Positions 24,201-35,924 of a stretch of 64,000 nucleotides of DNA are shown here, piece after piece. This DNA is from Mobula hypostoma. Lineage: Eukaryota. A program made the position numbers and the translations under genes. Below the pieces are notes generated by a model. That model saw only the letters and a program-made list of their open reading frames with translations, made no database searches and had not been told where the DNA came from. How positions within the stretch are numbered: the first letter of the stretch is position 1; every line of letters begins with the position of its first letter. The stretch lies in the NCBI RefSeq assembly GCF_963921235.1, contig NC_086097.1:157048001-157112000 (forward strand), given 5' to 3'.

Positions 24201-24549
24201 TTGGTCTTGCCCTACTTTGGAAACTTTTTGGAGAGATATTTTCAATATTATTTCTAAGGTATTAAATATAGATATCTCTCCTCACCCTATTACTGCTATC
24301 TTTGGACTACCTAAAATTTCTAGTAATCTTTCCCCTTCAGCCCGTAGAATGATTGCATTTCTTACTTTGATGGCGAAAAGATGTATTTTACAACATTGGA
24401 AAGAGCTTAATGCTCCAACTACCTTTTTTTGGTTTTCTCAGACGATTTTATGTTTGAATCTGGAGAAAATTAGAAGTAACCTTTATGATTCTTCATTTAA
24501 ATTTGAACAGATTTGGGGACCTTTTATTCGATATTTTCATTTAATGTAA
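21250..24549 (+). CDS. L1 ORF2p (C-terminal part of the APE endonuclease, reverse transcriptase, CCHC domain), N-terminally truncated, 1099 aa open
   Basis: SRIDY and SDH (EN); KAPGPDG, YRPISLLN, DAEKAFD, GTRQGCPLSP, YADD, YLGI (RT); CDRC..HMFWSC. No stops or frameshifts. Confidence 0.93.
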   Translation: MRKSQLISSNFFLSDSGSTDIWRFLHPQEKDFSFFSHVHHSYSRIDYFFIDSRLIPSVIKCDYDSITISDHAPLKLSIKIMANIPNNRQWRFNSLLLQDSDFVNFMNEQIELFFTINHTEDISVNTLWDTFKAYIRGQIISYSVALRKKQKQEEMAIVDKIKEIDKKYVMAPSEELYKQRTELQMEHSLLLSSSIVNQLKKTRSDFYVHSDKIGKLLANQLKSNYVKSQINQIYNQNDRLILDHVGINQTFCDFYSSLYQSESPRDSKYMNDFLDKLDFPQISQDMSSLLDTSITMDEIKNVIFSMNLGKAPGPDGFTVEFYKCFASLLIPWLYKVFEASLKLGKLPESFNRASISLILKKDKDPAQCASYRPISLLNVDSKVFSKLLANRLEKVLPSIISEDQTGFIKGRYFFYNIRTLLNIVYTPSQNVPECVISLDAEKAFDRVEWPYLFKVLEMFNFSLKFISWIKLLYHSPVASVRTNSLNSPFFPLFRGTRQGCPLSPLLFDIALEPLAIAIRESSNITGITRGLKSHKLSLYADDLLLYISNPERSIPAVLELLAQFGLFSGYKLNLSKSELFPINKHLPLYYKFPFKLINNYLSYLGIKITCKHKDLFKTNFLPLIDHITQLSSKWFPLYLTLIGRINAVKMFFLPKFLYVFQALPIFVPKSFFDKVDSKISSFIWQNKNPRLGKIHLQKAKRDGGLALPNFRFYYWAINIRHMKFWLLDRDILSIPKWVALELQSVQGYTLGSILGSSLPFDSKRLKQVSNPIVKYALRIWFQFRKFFDLNQFGLAIPILGNIFFPPSFTDRAFQTWKTKGILRFLDLFLDGSLVSFEQLSNKYNLSRIHFFRYLQVRNFLSTILSSFPMLPPIYILDSIINLNPCQKGASAMIYNIIMKLRKAPFDKIRVDWEQELGLTISVDDWGQILQLVNTSSICAKHSLIQFKVVHRAHMSKDKLARFYTHINPFCDRCSGQIASLTHMFWSCPTLETFWRDIFNIISKVLNIDISPHPITAIFGLPKISSNLSPSARRMIAFLTLMAKRCILQHWKELNAPTTFFWFSQTILCLNLEKIRSNLYDSSFKFEQIWGPFIRYFHLM

Positions 24550-24954
24550 TATTTACCCTTCTTGTTCTTTTCTCACTGGTTTAATGGAGGTCGGGATTGA
24601 GGACGTGATTTTAAGTTTAACTCTGTTTGGTTTCAAGTTAGCCCATTGCTTTGCTTTGCTTTTAGTTAGTTGCACGGTGGGTTTTTTTTTGGGGTTTTTT
24701 TTTTCTTTTTTTTCCATTGATATATATAAAATCTAGTATACTATTATGTTATCTTGGTTTCTTATGCTTAAATTACATTGTTTGTAGTATTTTCTTTTTG
24801 GTATTGTTATCTTTTGGAATTTTATTATACTTTAACATTGTATTAATGTTTATATGGCTTACCTTTTTTGTATACTTACTCAATAAAAAGATTTAAAAAG
24901 AAAAAGAAAGAAAGGATGATAGTCATTAAGGCAGCTCACACTACTCTTCTTAGG

Positions 24955-26159
24955 CAGAGGGCCCTAGCCTTTTTTTGCACTATGGACCGGTTTAATATTG
25001 ACAATATTCTTGTGGACCGGCCAATGTGGGGGGGGGGGGTCACGGTAGGGTTGCCAACGGACAAGAGTAGCAGTCAAATACATTGTGTTTACCCCGAGAA
25101 AGACTACAATGACCATGAAGCCTTGCACGGGCACCTGTGTGAACATGGGTGTACGTGCCGAATTTTTTTCTCTACAAGTTGTTTTTGGCGATTCTGTTCG
25201 TGGTGGAGGGTGTTAATCATGACCGGAATATAGTTGATAAGTGGCTAATACACTCAATTTCGTTTCTAAAAGGGATTATCTAACAAATTTTATATTAAAC
25301 ACACAGCGCATATTTTCCTCTCATGAATATAGTGATAAGTCAGTTATCAGGAGAGGACAGGGGAGCTTGAAGTAAGTGTTGAACGAACTTCCAGAAGTGG
25401 TATAGGTAGGTTCAATATTATTATTTAAAGTTAACTTGGATAGGTATATGGACAGGAAAGGATTGGAGGGTTATGGGTTGAGTGCAGGTCGGTGGGACTA
25501 GGTGAGAGTAGCGTTCGGCACAGACTAGAAGGGCCGAGATGGCCTGTTTCCGTGCTGTAATTGTTATATGGTTATATAAGTCACTTATATGTCAATAGCA
25601 TCATAACATTTTAAATAACGTTTGGATATTAAACACACAGCACGTATTTTCCCCGTATGAACATATAAAATCATTGCAACACACCAATATTGCTGAATCA
25701 GTGGGAGCCCTGGGCTTGTTTCCCTGCAACAAGATGGTCCTATCGAGGGGTGATGGGAGACAGCGATACTCGAAGGGGGTTCTTTATGTCCAGTCTATTC
25801 CGCAATTTTGTTTTCGTTGCATTCATTGTAGAGATTTGTTGGAAATGGAAGCAACGTTTTCAGTGCTTTTGTGGCTATCTCAGGATATTTAGCCTTGAGT
25901 TTGATCCAGATTGCCGGCAGAGATGTTATGTCAAACATACTTTTCAGCCCATCGTCATTTGCAAGCTCGAGCAGTTGATCTTCTTCCCGCGCTGACATGG
26001 GTGACGCGCGGGTAATGACCTCGTGTGCGGTCAAGTTCAACAGTGCGCGTGACAGGGAATGAGGAAAGGTGCAGCTGACTTATATCGTTTCCTCGCGGCC
26101 CGGTAGCACATGCTTTGCGGCCCGGCGCCGGTCCACGGCCCGGTGGTTGGGAAACGCTG
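24955..26159 (-). mobile_element. Non-autonomous hAT (Charlie/Buster-like) DNA transposon with an internal CR1 tail
   Basis: Imperfect TIRs CAGAGGGCCCTAGCC and GGTTGGGAAACGCTG; perfect 8-bp TSD TTCTTAGG. ORF 25795..26040 resembles the hAT C-terminal dimerisation region (WIKLKAKYPEIATKALKTLLPFPT). Confidence 0.92.
25385..25578 (+). mobile_element. CR1 3' tail embedded in the hAT element
   Basis: ttggataggtatatggacagg..ggagggttatggg..ggcctgtttccgtgctgtaattgttatatggttatat. Confidence 0.85.
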
Positions 26160-26288
26160 TTCTTAGGCACTGGTGTAATTGCTTGTCTATCTGCATATTC
26201 ATTTCAGCAATTTGTTTACTAGGAGACATATGTTCCTCAGTACACCAACAGCTTTCAACTTTCAGTATTTTTAAAAAACCACCTCCCT

Positions 26289-26910
26289 TAAGACCATAAG
26301 ACATAGAACATAATTAGGCCATTCGGCCCCTCAAGTTTGCTCTGCAACTTCATCGTGGATGATTTATTATACCCCTCAACCCCATTTGCCTGCCTTCTCC
26401 CCATAACCTTTGACAATCTTACTAACCAAGAACCTATCAACCTCCACTTTAAACATACCTAATAACTAGGCCTTCGCAACTGTCCATGACAATGAGTTCC
26501 ACAGATTCACCACCATCTGGCGAAAGAAATTCCTCTTCTTCTCTGTTCTAAAGAGACATCCTTCTATTCTGAGGCTGTGCTCTCAGGTTCCAGACTCTGT
26601 TACTATAGGAAACATCATCTCCATGTCCACTCTGTATCTTGGCCTTTCAATATTCAATGGGTTTCAATGAGATCCACCCTTATGCTTCTAAATTTCAGTG
26701 AGTACAGGCCCACAGCAATTTAATACCTCTCATATGTTAACCCTTTTCATTCCCAGGATCATCCTTGTGAACCTCCTCTGGACCCTTTCCAATCCCGGCA
26801 CATTCTTTTTTATAAAGATCCAGAACAACTCACCATATTCCAAGTGTGGTCTGACCAATGCATTATAAAGCCTTGTATTACATGCTTACTCTTATGCTCT
26901 AACCTTCACA
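26289..26910 (-). mobile_element. CR1 3' fragment
   Basis: Tail taagaccataagacatag; similar to 4316-4960. Confidence 0.85.
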
Positions 26911-29164
26911 AAGTGAATACTTTTACCCAAAGTGAAGGACATCATTATTTTTGCATTTAATTCTGCCTGCACCATCATTGTTCATTGGTAGTTGGATTAA
27001 GAAGCATAGTCTCAGACAAAGGGTAGCTGGTTTCTGAAATGTACCTCTCCAAAAAGCTTTATCTATTGAATCAATAGAAATTTGAAAATGAGGATTAATA
27101 TTTTAGTTAACTGAGAGAGTTTACTTTAACCTTTAACTGCATCCTCCATTTTGTGGGAATTAGGAATGAACAATTGTGAAACTGATATTCATATACCATG
27201 ATCAACTTAACAAAAAAGCACAGGAGAGTATGCAAGGGTGAAGTTTCATTGATGTATTAATGTTCCAATAAACTAGACTCATTTAGTTGTAGAGTTGGTT
27301 TCATTGTGTTATTTTACTTAGCCCAGGTACTTGCATGCATGGATTTGCTGCATTTACAGCATGGTTTATTTTTAATTGTTTACATTTTAATCATAAACCA
27401 TTAATTAAAAACAGTAATTGTCTAGAAATTAAAGTAAGCAGTTTACTTTTTCATGTTTCAGTGAAGAATGTCATTCACCATATTCTGCTTCTAAATTATT
27501 TAAATTACTGTCAAATTTTAATTAGAAAATATTGCACAGGACTCTTGCAAAATCTGCAATGCCACAGGGGTCCGTTGAGTCAATGCTTAATGTATCTGAT
27601 ATATTTGCTGACATCAGTTTGCAGTATTATGGCTGTATATGTCTAGGAAAAGCGCAAGAGGCAGAAGGAGAAAAGGAAACTTTAGAATCATTGTACAAAC
27701 GTTTCTATATCTGGAGTGATACTGATGATTAAATTCAATTTTCCTGCCCATGCAGAATGAACTGGCTCCGTTGCTCAGGAAATCACACAAAAAAATTCAA
27801 ATATGCTGAGCTTTGAGAGCTGTTGGTCTACAGACCCTCCAACAGAGCACAGAGGACTGGAAGACTCCAAACTACCAAAGTAAGTGGAGGGATGAAGATA
27901 CTTCAAAGCTCAGAGACCTTCCAAATGAGGTTGCTGGCTTTTGGTGACACAGAAGAATGGTAATGCTGGACCATGGAGAAAACACAAACTGTTAGAGTGA
28001 AGGGGGAAACTAAATAAAAAAAATGGAATCAAGAATTGAAGGATGTCCTCATAGCACAAAATGAAATAAGGGTGATGAAGGCTCCCTGAAGCCTGAATCA
28101 GCATGGATGGTCTGTTTGTGTACTCCACTTAGCAGCATCATGCTCAAGGTACTAAATGGTATTCTGTCTTTATGTAGGTTTAATTATCCAAGTGAAACTG
28201 TAGTGGAGTTTCACTGTTCCCATACGGTGAGACTTCCACAACTTTTTCACACTTACAACATCCGCTTTCTTTCTTATTGGAGCTGACAAAATATTTATTG
28301 ATAGGTTTTGTTTTGCTTTCGATTACATTTTATCTCAGTTGTCATTTATCATTTCACTCTATAGTGCCATATTTAATTACCTTAATGTTATTGAATGTTT
28401 GTGCTCAAGAATATTCAAATTACAAAGCAGATATGAGAATGAATCAAGATTGTTGATCTATTGCAAACAAATGAAAAAAAAATGTCTTTGAAGCTTCCTA
28501 AATGTAGAATGAAGCAGTAAATCTCTGACTGAATTAGGTTTGGTCAAATATATTGATCAGTCATAGTTGATTTTATGTTAGTTTGCTATTTCCCAATTAC
28601 TGTAATGGTTTATATTTATTTTCTCTCCCTCCCAGTGCCTCTGTTTGTTTCCCAGTCCTTAAACTGCAATTCTTTGCAAAGTAGTTTGCTGGTCTTGCCA
28701 CTTTGGAAGATCCCAGGTGCCCCATGAAAATCTCTAGATATCTACTAAATTCCTGAAATTTTACAGGGTGTGAAAGAAGTCTAAACATGAGTTTCCTATT
28801 ATGATTATATATTTGACAGCAGACTCAAAAATAATTGTAGTTATCTTGTATGATATTAGACGGTCATTTCGTAGTTATTTGTTTTGTTTCTCTTTTGGCA
28901 GTATTCACTATTAATTTATATGTTTTCTATTACACTCTTATTCCACTAATATTACTTCTGCTACAGTATATCATAACCCTGTGGGTAATATCGTAATCTA
29001 TTTTATCATAAAACAAGCATATGACATTGGGAGACCTGGGGAAATAGACTGAGATGGATGCAACCGATCTTCATTTGGGGTACGTGGAATATTGATGAAG
29101 AGGCCCAAACCATCCAAACTCATCAACAAAACATTCAGTGGCAATGTGTGGTTAGGGTCGCGAA

Positions 29165-29320
29165 TTCATACAGTAATACAGCACAGAAACAAGCCCTTCA
29201 ACCCATCTAGTCTGTGCCAGCTTGGATTTCTGCATAGTCCGGTCTACCAGCATTCAGCCCATATCCCTCCATACCTTATCATCCGTGTACTCCATCTATC
29301 CAAACTTATCTTGAATTAAG
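29165..29320 (-). mobile_element. Short CR1 tail fragment
   Basis: atacagcacagaaacaagcccttcaaccc...ctatccaaactt. Confidence 0.65.
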
Positions 29321-29324
29321 AAGT

Positions 29325-30450
29325 AGATTTCAGAACCAGAATCAGGTTTAACATCGCCGCCATATGTTGTGAAATTTGTTGACTTTGCTGCAGCAGTACA
29401 ATGCAATACATATTAACAGAAAAAAAGCTGAATTACAGGAGGTATATAGATATTAAATAGTTAAATTAAAGCAGTAGTGCAAAAATAAAAACTTTAAAAA
29501 GTAGTGAAGTAGTGTTCATGGGTTCAATGTCCATTCAGAAGTCGGATGGCAGAGGGGAAGAAGCTGATCCTGTATCGTTGAATGTGTGCCCTCAGGCTCC
29601 TGTACCTCCTTCCTGACTGAAGCAGTGATTTTCTGTCAAACCCTAGATAAAATAAGTGTGCACTTTCAGTGATTTCTTTTTTCTTAGTTACAAAGTACAA
29701 AGTAAATATATTATCAAAGTACATATATGTCAACCTATACAACCTTGAGATTTGTTTTCTTGTGGGCATACACAGCAAATTCAAGAAATGCAATAGAATC
29801 AATAAAAGACCATAGCCAACTGGACAGAAAAACAACCAATGTGCAAAAGACAACAAACTGGTTAAATAAAAAAGAAAAAAGAAAATAAACAAATCAGCTA
29901 TAAATATCGAGAGCATGAGATGAAGAGCCCTTGGAAGTGAGTTCATGGGTTGTGGGAACAGTTCAGTGAAGCTGAGTGGTTGTCCCCTCTGTGGATCCTA
30001 AGATTCCTGTACCTTTTTCCTGATGACATCAGTGAGAAGAGGAAATGGGCTGAGCGGTGGTGGTCCCTGATGATGAATGCCGCTTTTCTCGACAGTGCTC
30101 CATGCAGAGAAGAGCCTTACCTGTGATGGACTGGGCTGCATCCATTACTTGTGTAGGATTCCATTCAAGGGCCTTGGCATTTCCATACCAGGCCATGACG
30201 CAACCAGTCAATATACTTTCCACCACACATATCTACAGAAGCTCGATGGTTTCCAAATCTCTGCAAACCTCTAAGCAAGTGGGGGCATTGCTGTGCTTTC
30301 TTTGTAATAGCCCTTACATGTTCCCCCCAGGACAGATCCTCTGAAATTATTACACCATGGAATTTAAAGTTGCTGACATCTTGCACCTCTGATCTTCCAA
30401 TGAGTACTGGCTCATGGACTTCTAGTCTCCCCCTTCTGAAGTCAATAATC
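29325..30450 (-). mobile_element. Two Rex1/Babar-type LINE 3' fragments (about 29325-29625 and 29690-30450)
   Basis: SGRRYRSLRAHIQRYRISFFPSAIRLLNG; VESILTGCVMAWYGN; VSNFKFHGVIISEDLSW. Confidence 0.82.
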
Positions 30451-30524
30451 AATTCCAGAAGATTACTTCACATTCTCCTGTGGTCCAATGAGAAAAGTTC
30501 CAACCTGCTGAGTGTCTCTCCATA

Positions 30525-30988
30525 ACTCAGTGCCTTGAGTCTTGGCAACTCAATGCATAAAAACATGCAGACTTGATCAAGAGGTTCAGTTGTTCTTCAG
30601 ACCAAACATCAGAATGGGGAAGGAATGGTGATATAAGTGACTTTGACTGTGGAATGATCGTTGGTGTCAGGCGGAGAGTTTTGAGTATCTCAGAAAATGC
30701 TGATCTCCTGGGATTTTCTCTGTGAGTGATGTGAAAAGCAAAAAACATCCAGTGAGCAACAGTTCTGTTGGCTAGAATGCGTTGCTACTATGAGAGAGGT
30801 CAGAGGAAAATGGTCATACTGGTTCAAACTGACAGGAAGAAGACAGTATCTCAACATGTTACAACAGCGGAGTGCAGGAAAGCATCTTTGAATGCACAAC
30901 ATGTCGAAACTTCAAGTGAACGGGCTACAGCAACAAAAGAACACAAACATTCATTCAGGGTCTAATTTATTGGGTATGGGAGGTACCT
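30525..30988 (+). mobile_element. Tc1-derived element with a degenerate transposase N-terminus
   Basis: From ATG 30614: MGK..DISDFDCGMIVGVRRRVLSISENADLLGFS (frameshifted HTH region). Same family as 18140-18639. Confidence 0.8.
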
Positions 30989-33282
30989 TTGCAATGGTAG
31001 GGAGTTGCTAGTCTTGTAACGTTCTGCACTTATGCTCCAAAAAGTTAAATTCAGTTGAACTTATACCCTGTATTTATGCTCATGACACCAATAAAGTTGT
31101 AATAACTTGCAATGAGGAGAATTTTCTCACTATCCACTTTTTCTCTGCCCTCACAATCTTGTATTCCTCTATCAACACCCTCCTGTACTCTAAAGAAAGC
31201 AAGCCTAACCTATCAGTTGTTGGGCTTCAATGGAACTGTGTGTGAGGCAATAAAAAGAGCGGTCAAAGATTGAAGGGAGTAGAAAATTAAATTGACAGGC
31301 AAATTCGAAGGTATAGTCTGCCACTGGAGGCTGAATATAAGTCACCCAATCAGCATATAGTTTCTTTAACATAGATCTATATACAGGGCTAAATTCAGCC
31401 TACAGCTAAATCTGAAATTAGTACTGACAGAAGTGTATTAGGTCAAACGACCTCACTTGCTTTTATATTGAATAATCTCATATATTTCTCACCAATTTAT
31501 TATTGTGTGGACCAATGATAATACATTCAGTTTCATAACTGCAGATTTTCTAATTAGATGCCTTCTCTTGCAAGCCACGTGCTCATTAATCTTTTTATAC
31601 TGTATCTTGATTTTTATCAAGCAAAGATTGTAGAAAGAGAAATCATTATCTTTTATAGGTAGTGATCTGTTCCCCATTAGGTTTGGAAAGAGAATTTGTT
31701 ATTCTTTCTCAATGCCTCAATTTTTGCTAATGAACTGTCTCCCATAATAAGAAATGATGCAACACACTTTTGTTCTCTGTAGCTGGTTGATTTTCAGTGA
31801 TTTGCTTTAAGTCATGAATGAGTGCATATGGTATTTCTCACTTTGTTTCTTGGTTTGGCAACTGTGCAATTGATAAATTGAATGCTGTTTTCCATTTGTG
31901 AAATGAATCACTATCCTGTCAATTGTTATATTTGAGTTAAAAAAAATACACATGGACTAAGACGTTAACCGTCCTGTGCTATCACCAGTGGGTTCATCAG
32001 TTGATCTGCCACTATATTTAATATACAGTACTTCTCCCATTATCCATCTGACACATTTTAATTATCTATGCTACTTACTTTATAGGTGGACTACCTTCAT
32101 TGACTGTGGGGTGAATACTCACCATGTATGGATATTTTTAGAAAACTCCTATTTATTCAAATTAACTTCTTAGCTGGAGCTATTGTTCAATATCCAAGTA
32201 ATTATTCAGACAAATGAGAGCATTTCTTTTCTTCTCCAGTTTCTTTCTTTATCTTTCTCCAAAGAATGCAGCCACATCTCAGAATATTTTTTTTTTATTT
32301 TGTGTATTCCTAAAGTGAACCTGAATCCTGAATCCTGAATCCTGATCTTGATCAGGTCCTTGTGTTTGGATCTGAGTTTAGTACACCTGTTGCAATTCGA
32401 AGAGAAATGTTTGCATGCCATTTTTTCAGTGCATATATTAGGGAGCAATATCACCTGGATAGTAAAATGCCTCATTAACTGTAATTGGCTGACTGTTTCA
32501 TTTTCTGAGGCACACTTATCCAGTACTTATCTTGAACACCAGAAAACTTCTTCAAATCTGTCCAAGTAGAAAGACTCATGCCTGTAACTATTAATAGCAG
32601 AAATTAGTTATAAGACCTGCTAAGATTTCCAGTTTATGTTAGGTGGTTTCTTCTAGAATTACGCTGTTGTGGTCATAATTGGATGCAGTGTTCTGGATTT
32701 ATTGGTCTAAATTTAGATATGTGCTTTAAGAAAACTTCACACAAATGGATAGAAGTTTAAATCTGTCCTCTGTCAATGGGAATTCAAACTGAAACTGGCT
32801 GACTTTTATTAACCAATACATTAAGGAAGAAAAGACTAAGGGAGAAAACGGTCACAGACATGTGACAATCTTATGAATACTAAGATAGAATCAGAGGGAT
32901 AAATGGCACATTCTTGTTGAATGATTTTCTTGCAAATTAACTGGTGACCAACATCAAGAACATGAGGACACAGTTCTTGTCACCTGTCTGTTCAGCTTCT
33001 CTATTTCCCTGTTCTGTACTCAGAGCCTTGAGATTTCTTTTCACTCAAGTGCTTATTGAATTTCTTTGTGAAGCAATTGATCATCTCTTTCACTACCCTT
33101 GGGAGTTATGAGTCATTGCACCTTCAGGCATAAAAATAGTTCTTTTTCATATTGACTCATGTCTTGCCCAAAACCTTACATCTTTTCCCCTAGCCCCTAT
33201 ACTATCAATTAAAGGAAATAATTTCTCTAAATCTGCCATAATCTTGCACACCTTTATCAAACCTCCACTTAACCTCCACTCA

Positions 33283-34640
33283 AGAAAAGGAGTAGGTATA
33301 GCCCAGGAAATTAAAGGCCAGTGAGTCTTATTTCAGGTTGATGGAGGAAATCCTGAGAGGCAGGATTTATGAACATTTGGAGAGGCATAATATGATTAGG
33401 AATAGTCAGCATGGCTTTGTCAAAGGCAGGTCGTGCCTTACGAGCCTGACTGAATTTTTTGAGGATGTGACTAAACACATTGATGAAGGTAGAGCTGTAG
33501 ATGTAGTGTATGTGGATTTTAGCAAGGCATTTGAAAAGGTACCCCATGCAAGGCTTATTGAGAAAGTAAGGAGGCATAGAATCCAAAAGGACATTGCTTT
33601 GTGGATCCAGAACTGGCTTGCCCACAGAAGGCAAAGAGTGGCTGTAGACGGGTCATATTCTGCATGGAGGCCGGTGACCAGTGGTGTGCCTCAGGGATCT
33701 GTTCTGGGACCCCTACACTTTGTGATTTTTATAAATGACCTGGATGAGGAAGTGGAAGGATGGGTAAGTAAATTTGCTGATGACACCAAGGTTGGGGGGT
33801 GTTGTGGATAGTGTGGAGGACTGTCAGAGGTTACAATAGGACTTTGATAGGATGCAAAACTGGGCTGAGAAGTGGCAGATGGAGTTCAAACCGGATAAGT
33901 GTGAGGTGGTTCGTTTTAGTAGGCCAAATATGTTGGCAGAATATAGCACTAATGGTAAGACTCTTGGTAGAGTGGAGGATCAGAGGGATCAAAGCTGCGA
34001 CGCAGGTTGACTCTGTGGTTAAGAAGGCATACAGTGCATTGGCATTCATCAATCATGGGATTGAGTTTAAGAGCCGAGAGATAATATTGCAGCTATAGCG
34101 GACCCTCATCAGACCCCACTTGGAATACTGTGCTCAGTTCTGGTCGCCTCACTACAGGAAGGACGTGGAAGCCATTGAAAGGGTGCAGAGGACTGGGGAG
34201 CATGCCTTATGAGAATAGGTTGAGTGAACTTGTTTTTTTCTCCTTGGAGCGATGGAAGATGAGAGGTGACCTGATAGAGGTGTACAAGATAATGAGAGGT
34301 ATTGATCGTGTGGTTAGTCAGAGGCTTTCCCCAGGGCTGAACTGGCTAGCACGAGAGGGCATAGTTTTAAGGTGCTTGGAAGTAGGTACAGAGGAGATGT
34401 CAGGGGTAAGTTTTTTACGCAGAGGGTGGTTAGTGCGTGGTGCAGAATGGGCTGCTGGCGGCAGTGGTGGAGGCGGAAACAATATGGTCTTTTAAGAGAC
34501 TCCTGGATGGCTACATGAGGCTTAGAAAAATAGAGGGCTATAGGTAAAGCCTAGGTAGTTCTAAGGTGGGGACATGTTCGGCACAGCTTTGTGTGCCGAA
34601 GGGCCTGTAATGTGCTGTAGGTTTTCTATGTTTCTATATT
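33283..34640 (+). mobile_element. 5'-truncated CR1 with RT core and 3' tail
   Basis: ORF 33338..33811 has [24 protein letters not shown]. Tail ttttctatgtttctat. Confidence 0.93.
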
Positions 34641-34764
34641 TCAACCTCCTTTCTTCTGGGAAGCAACTCCAACTTTTCTAATCTAACCTAGAAGCTAAAA
34701 AAGCACGATCCCTGAAATCATTCTGGTAAATCTTATCAGTACATGCTAACTGTACAGATAAGAT

Positions 34765-35063
34765 GGGCGGCATGGTAGTGTAGTGGTTAACACAACACTT
34801 TACAGTATCAGCAACCCACACTCCATTCCCACCACTGCCTTAAGGAGTTTGTACGTTCTCCCTGTGACAATGTGCATTTCCTCAGGCTGCTTTGGTTTTC
34901 TCCACAGTCCAAGGACGTAATGGTTGTAGGTTAATTGATCATTGTAAGTTGTCCACCCGTAATTGGACTACAGTTAAATCGGGGATTGCTGGCCAACAAG
35001 GCTTGAAGGGCCAGAAGGTCCTACTCCATGCTGTATCTCAATAAATAAATTAAAAATAAATAA
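34765..35063 (+). mobile_element. V-SINE (HE1/HER1-like) with a CR1-like tail
   Basis: tRNA head GGGCGGCATGGTAGTGTAGTGG; V-domain ggagtttgtacgttctccc..ccacagtccaaggacg..ggttaattg; (AAAT)n tail. Confidence 0.85.
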
Positions 35064-35249
35064 ACGATATCTAGATCATTCCAAAGGTGTGGTGATCAGA
35101 ACTGCTCCCACTGTTGTACTTTTGGTCTAACCAAAGCCTGAAGAATGCTCAGAAAATCTCAGTACCCTTCTATTCATGGAAGAAAAAATCCTGTTTGATT
35201 TGCTATCAACTATATACAGATCATGTCAATATTTCTTGCCACCTACAAT

Positions 35250-35870
35250 AATTGGTAATTGGTTTATCATGGTCATATGTATAGTGAAAAGCATTTTTTA
35301 CAAGCCACCCAAACAGATCGTTCCATGGTGCATTGAAGTAGTACAAAACAAAGAACAACAAGAGAATGCAGCAGATAGTGTTACCACTACAGGGAAGTAC
35401 TCTGCAAGTAGAAACGGCCATGACAAGGTAGTCTGATAAATCAAGAATTCATCTTTATCATATAAGAGCCTTACAACTGTGAGATAGGAGCTTTCCTTGA
35501 TCCTGGTGGTATGTGGTCTCAAGCTTTTGCATGTTCCACAACATGAAAGTGAGGTGAAGAGATAATGACTGGAATGGGAGGGATCTTTGATATTTTGGCT
35601 ACTTTCCTGAGACAGTAGGAAGTGTAGGTAGAGTCACCAGAGGGAAGGCTGATTTTTATGACAGACTGGCTGTGTTTACAACTCTCAATAATTTCTTGCA
35701 ATCTTGACCAGAGCAGTTCTAATACAAAGTTGTGAGATATCTGGATAGGATGCGTTCTGTGGTGTGTGTAAAACTTGGGGGCATGCTGAACTTCCTTACG
35801 CTTCTGACAAAGAAGAGATTCTTTTTTGACTATCATATCTATATGCCTGGACCATGCTAAGACACATGAT
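35250..35870 (-). mobile_element. Degenerate Rex1/Babar-type LINE fragment
   Basis: RPHTTRIKESSYLTVVRLL. Confidence 0.65.
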
Positions 35871-35924
35871 CATTCTGTCATTCTGCTTTTGCACATCCCA
35901 TGCCATGGGATCTGTATTAACTCT

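Larger units (their letters stand above)
20889..24913 (+). mobile_element. L1-clade LINE with intact ends and an internal deletion
   Basis: 5' GACGGACTTCCGG; AATAAA followed by an A-rich tail; perfect 11-bp TSD GGATGATAGTC (20878-20888 and 24914-24924). Confidence 0.96.
19185..26182 (-). mobile_element. Rex1/Babar-type LINE hosting nested SINE, L1 and hAT insertions
   Basis: Removing the inserts restores [33 protein letters not shown]. ORF 20022..20222 matches the same family. 3' UTR near 19185. Confidence 0.9.

Noticed and set aside
32320..32353. (CCTGAAT)n short repeat
   Set aside because: A simple microsatellite or orphan LINE tail with no associated structure.
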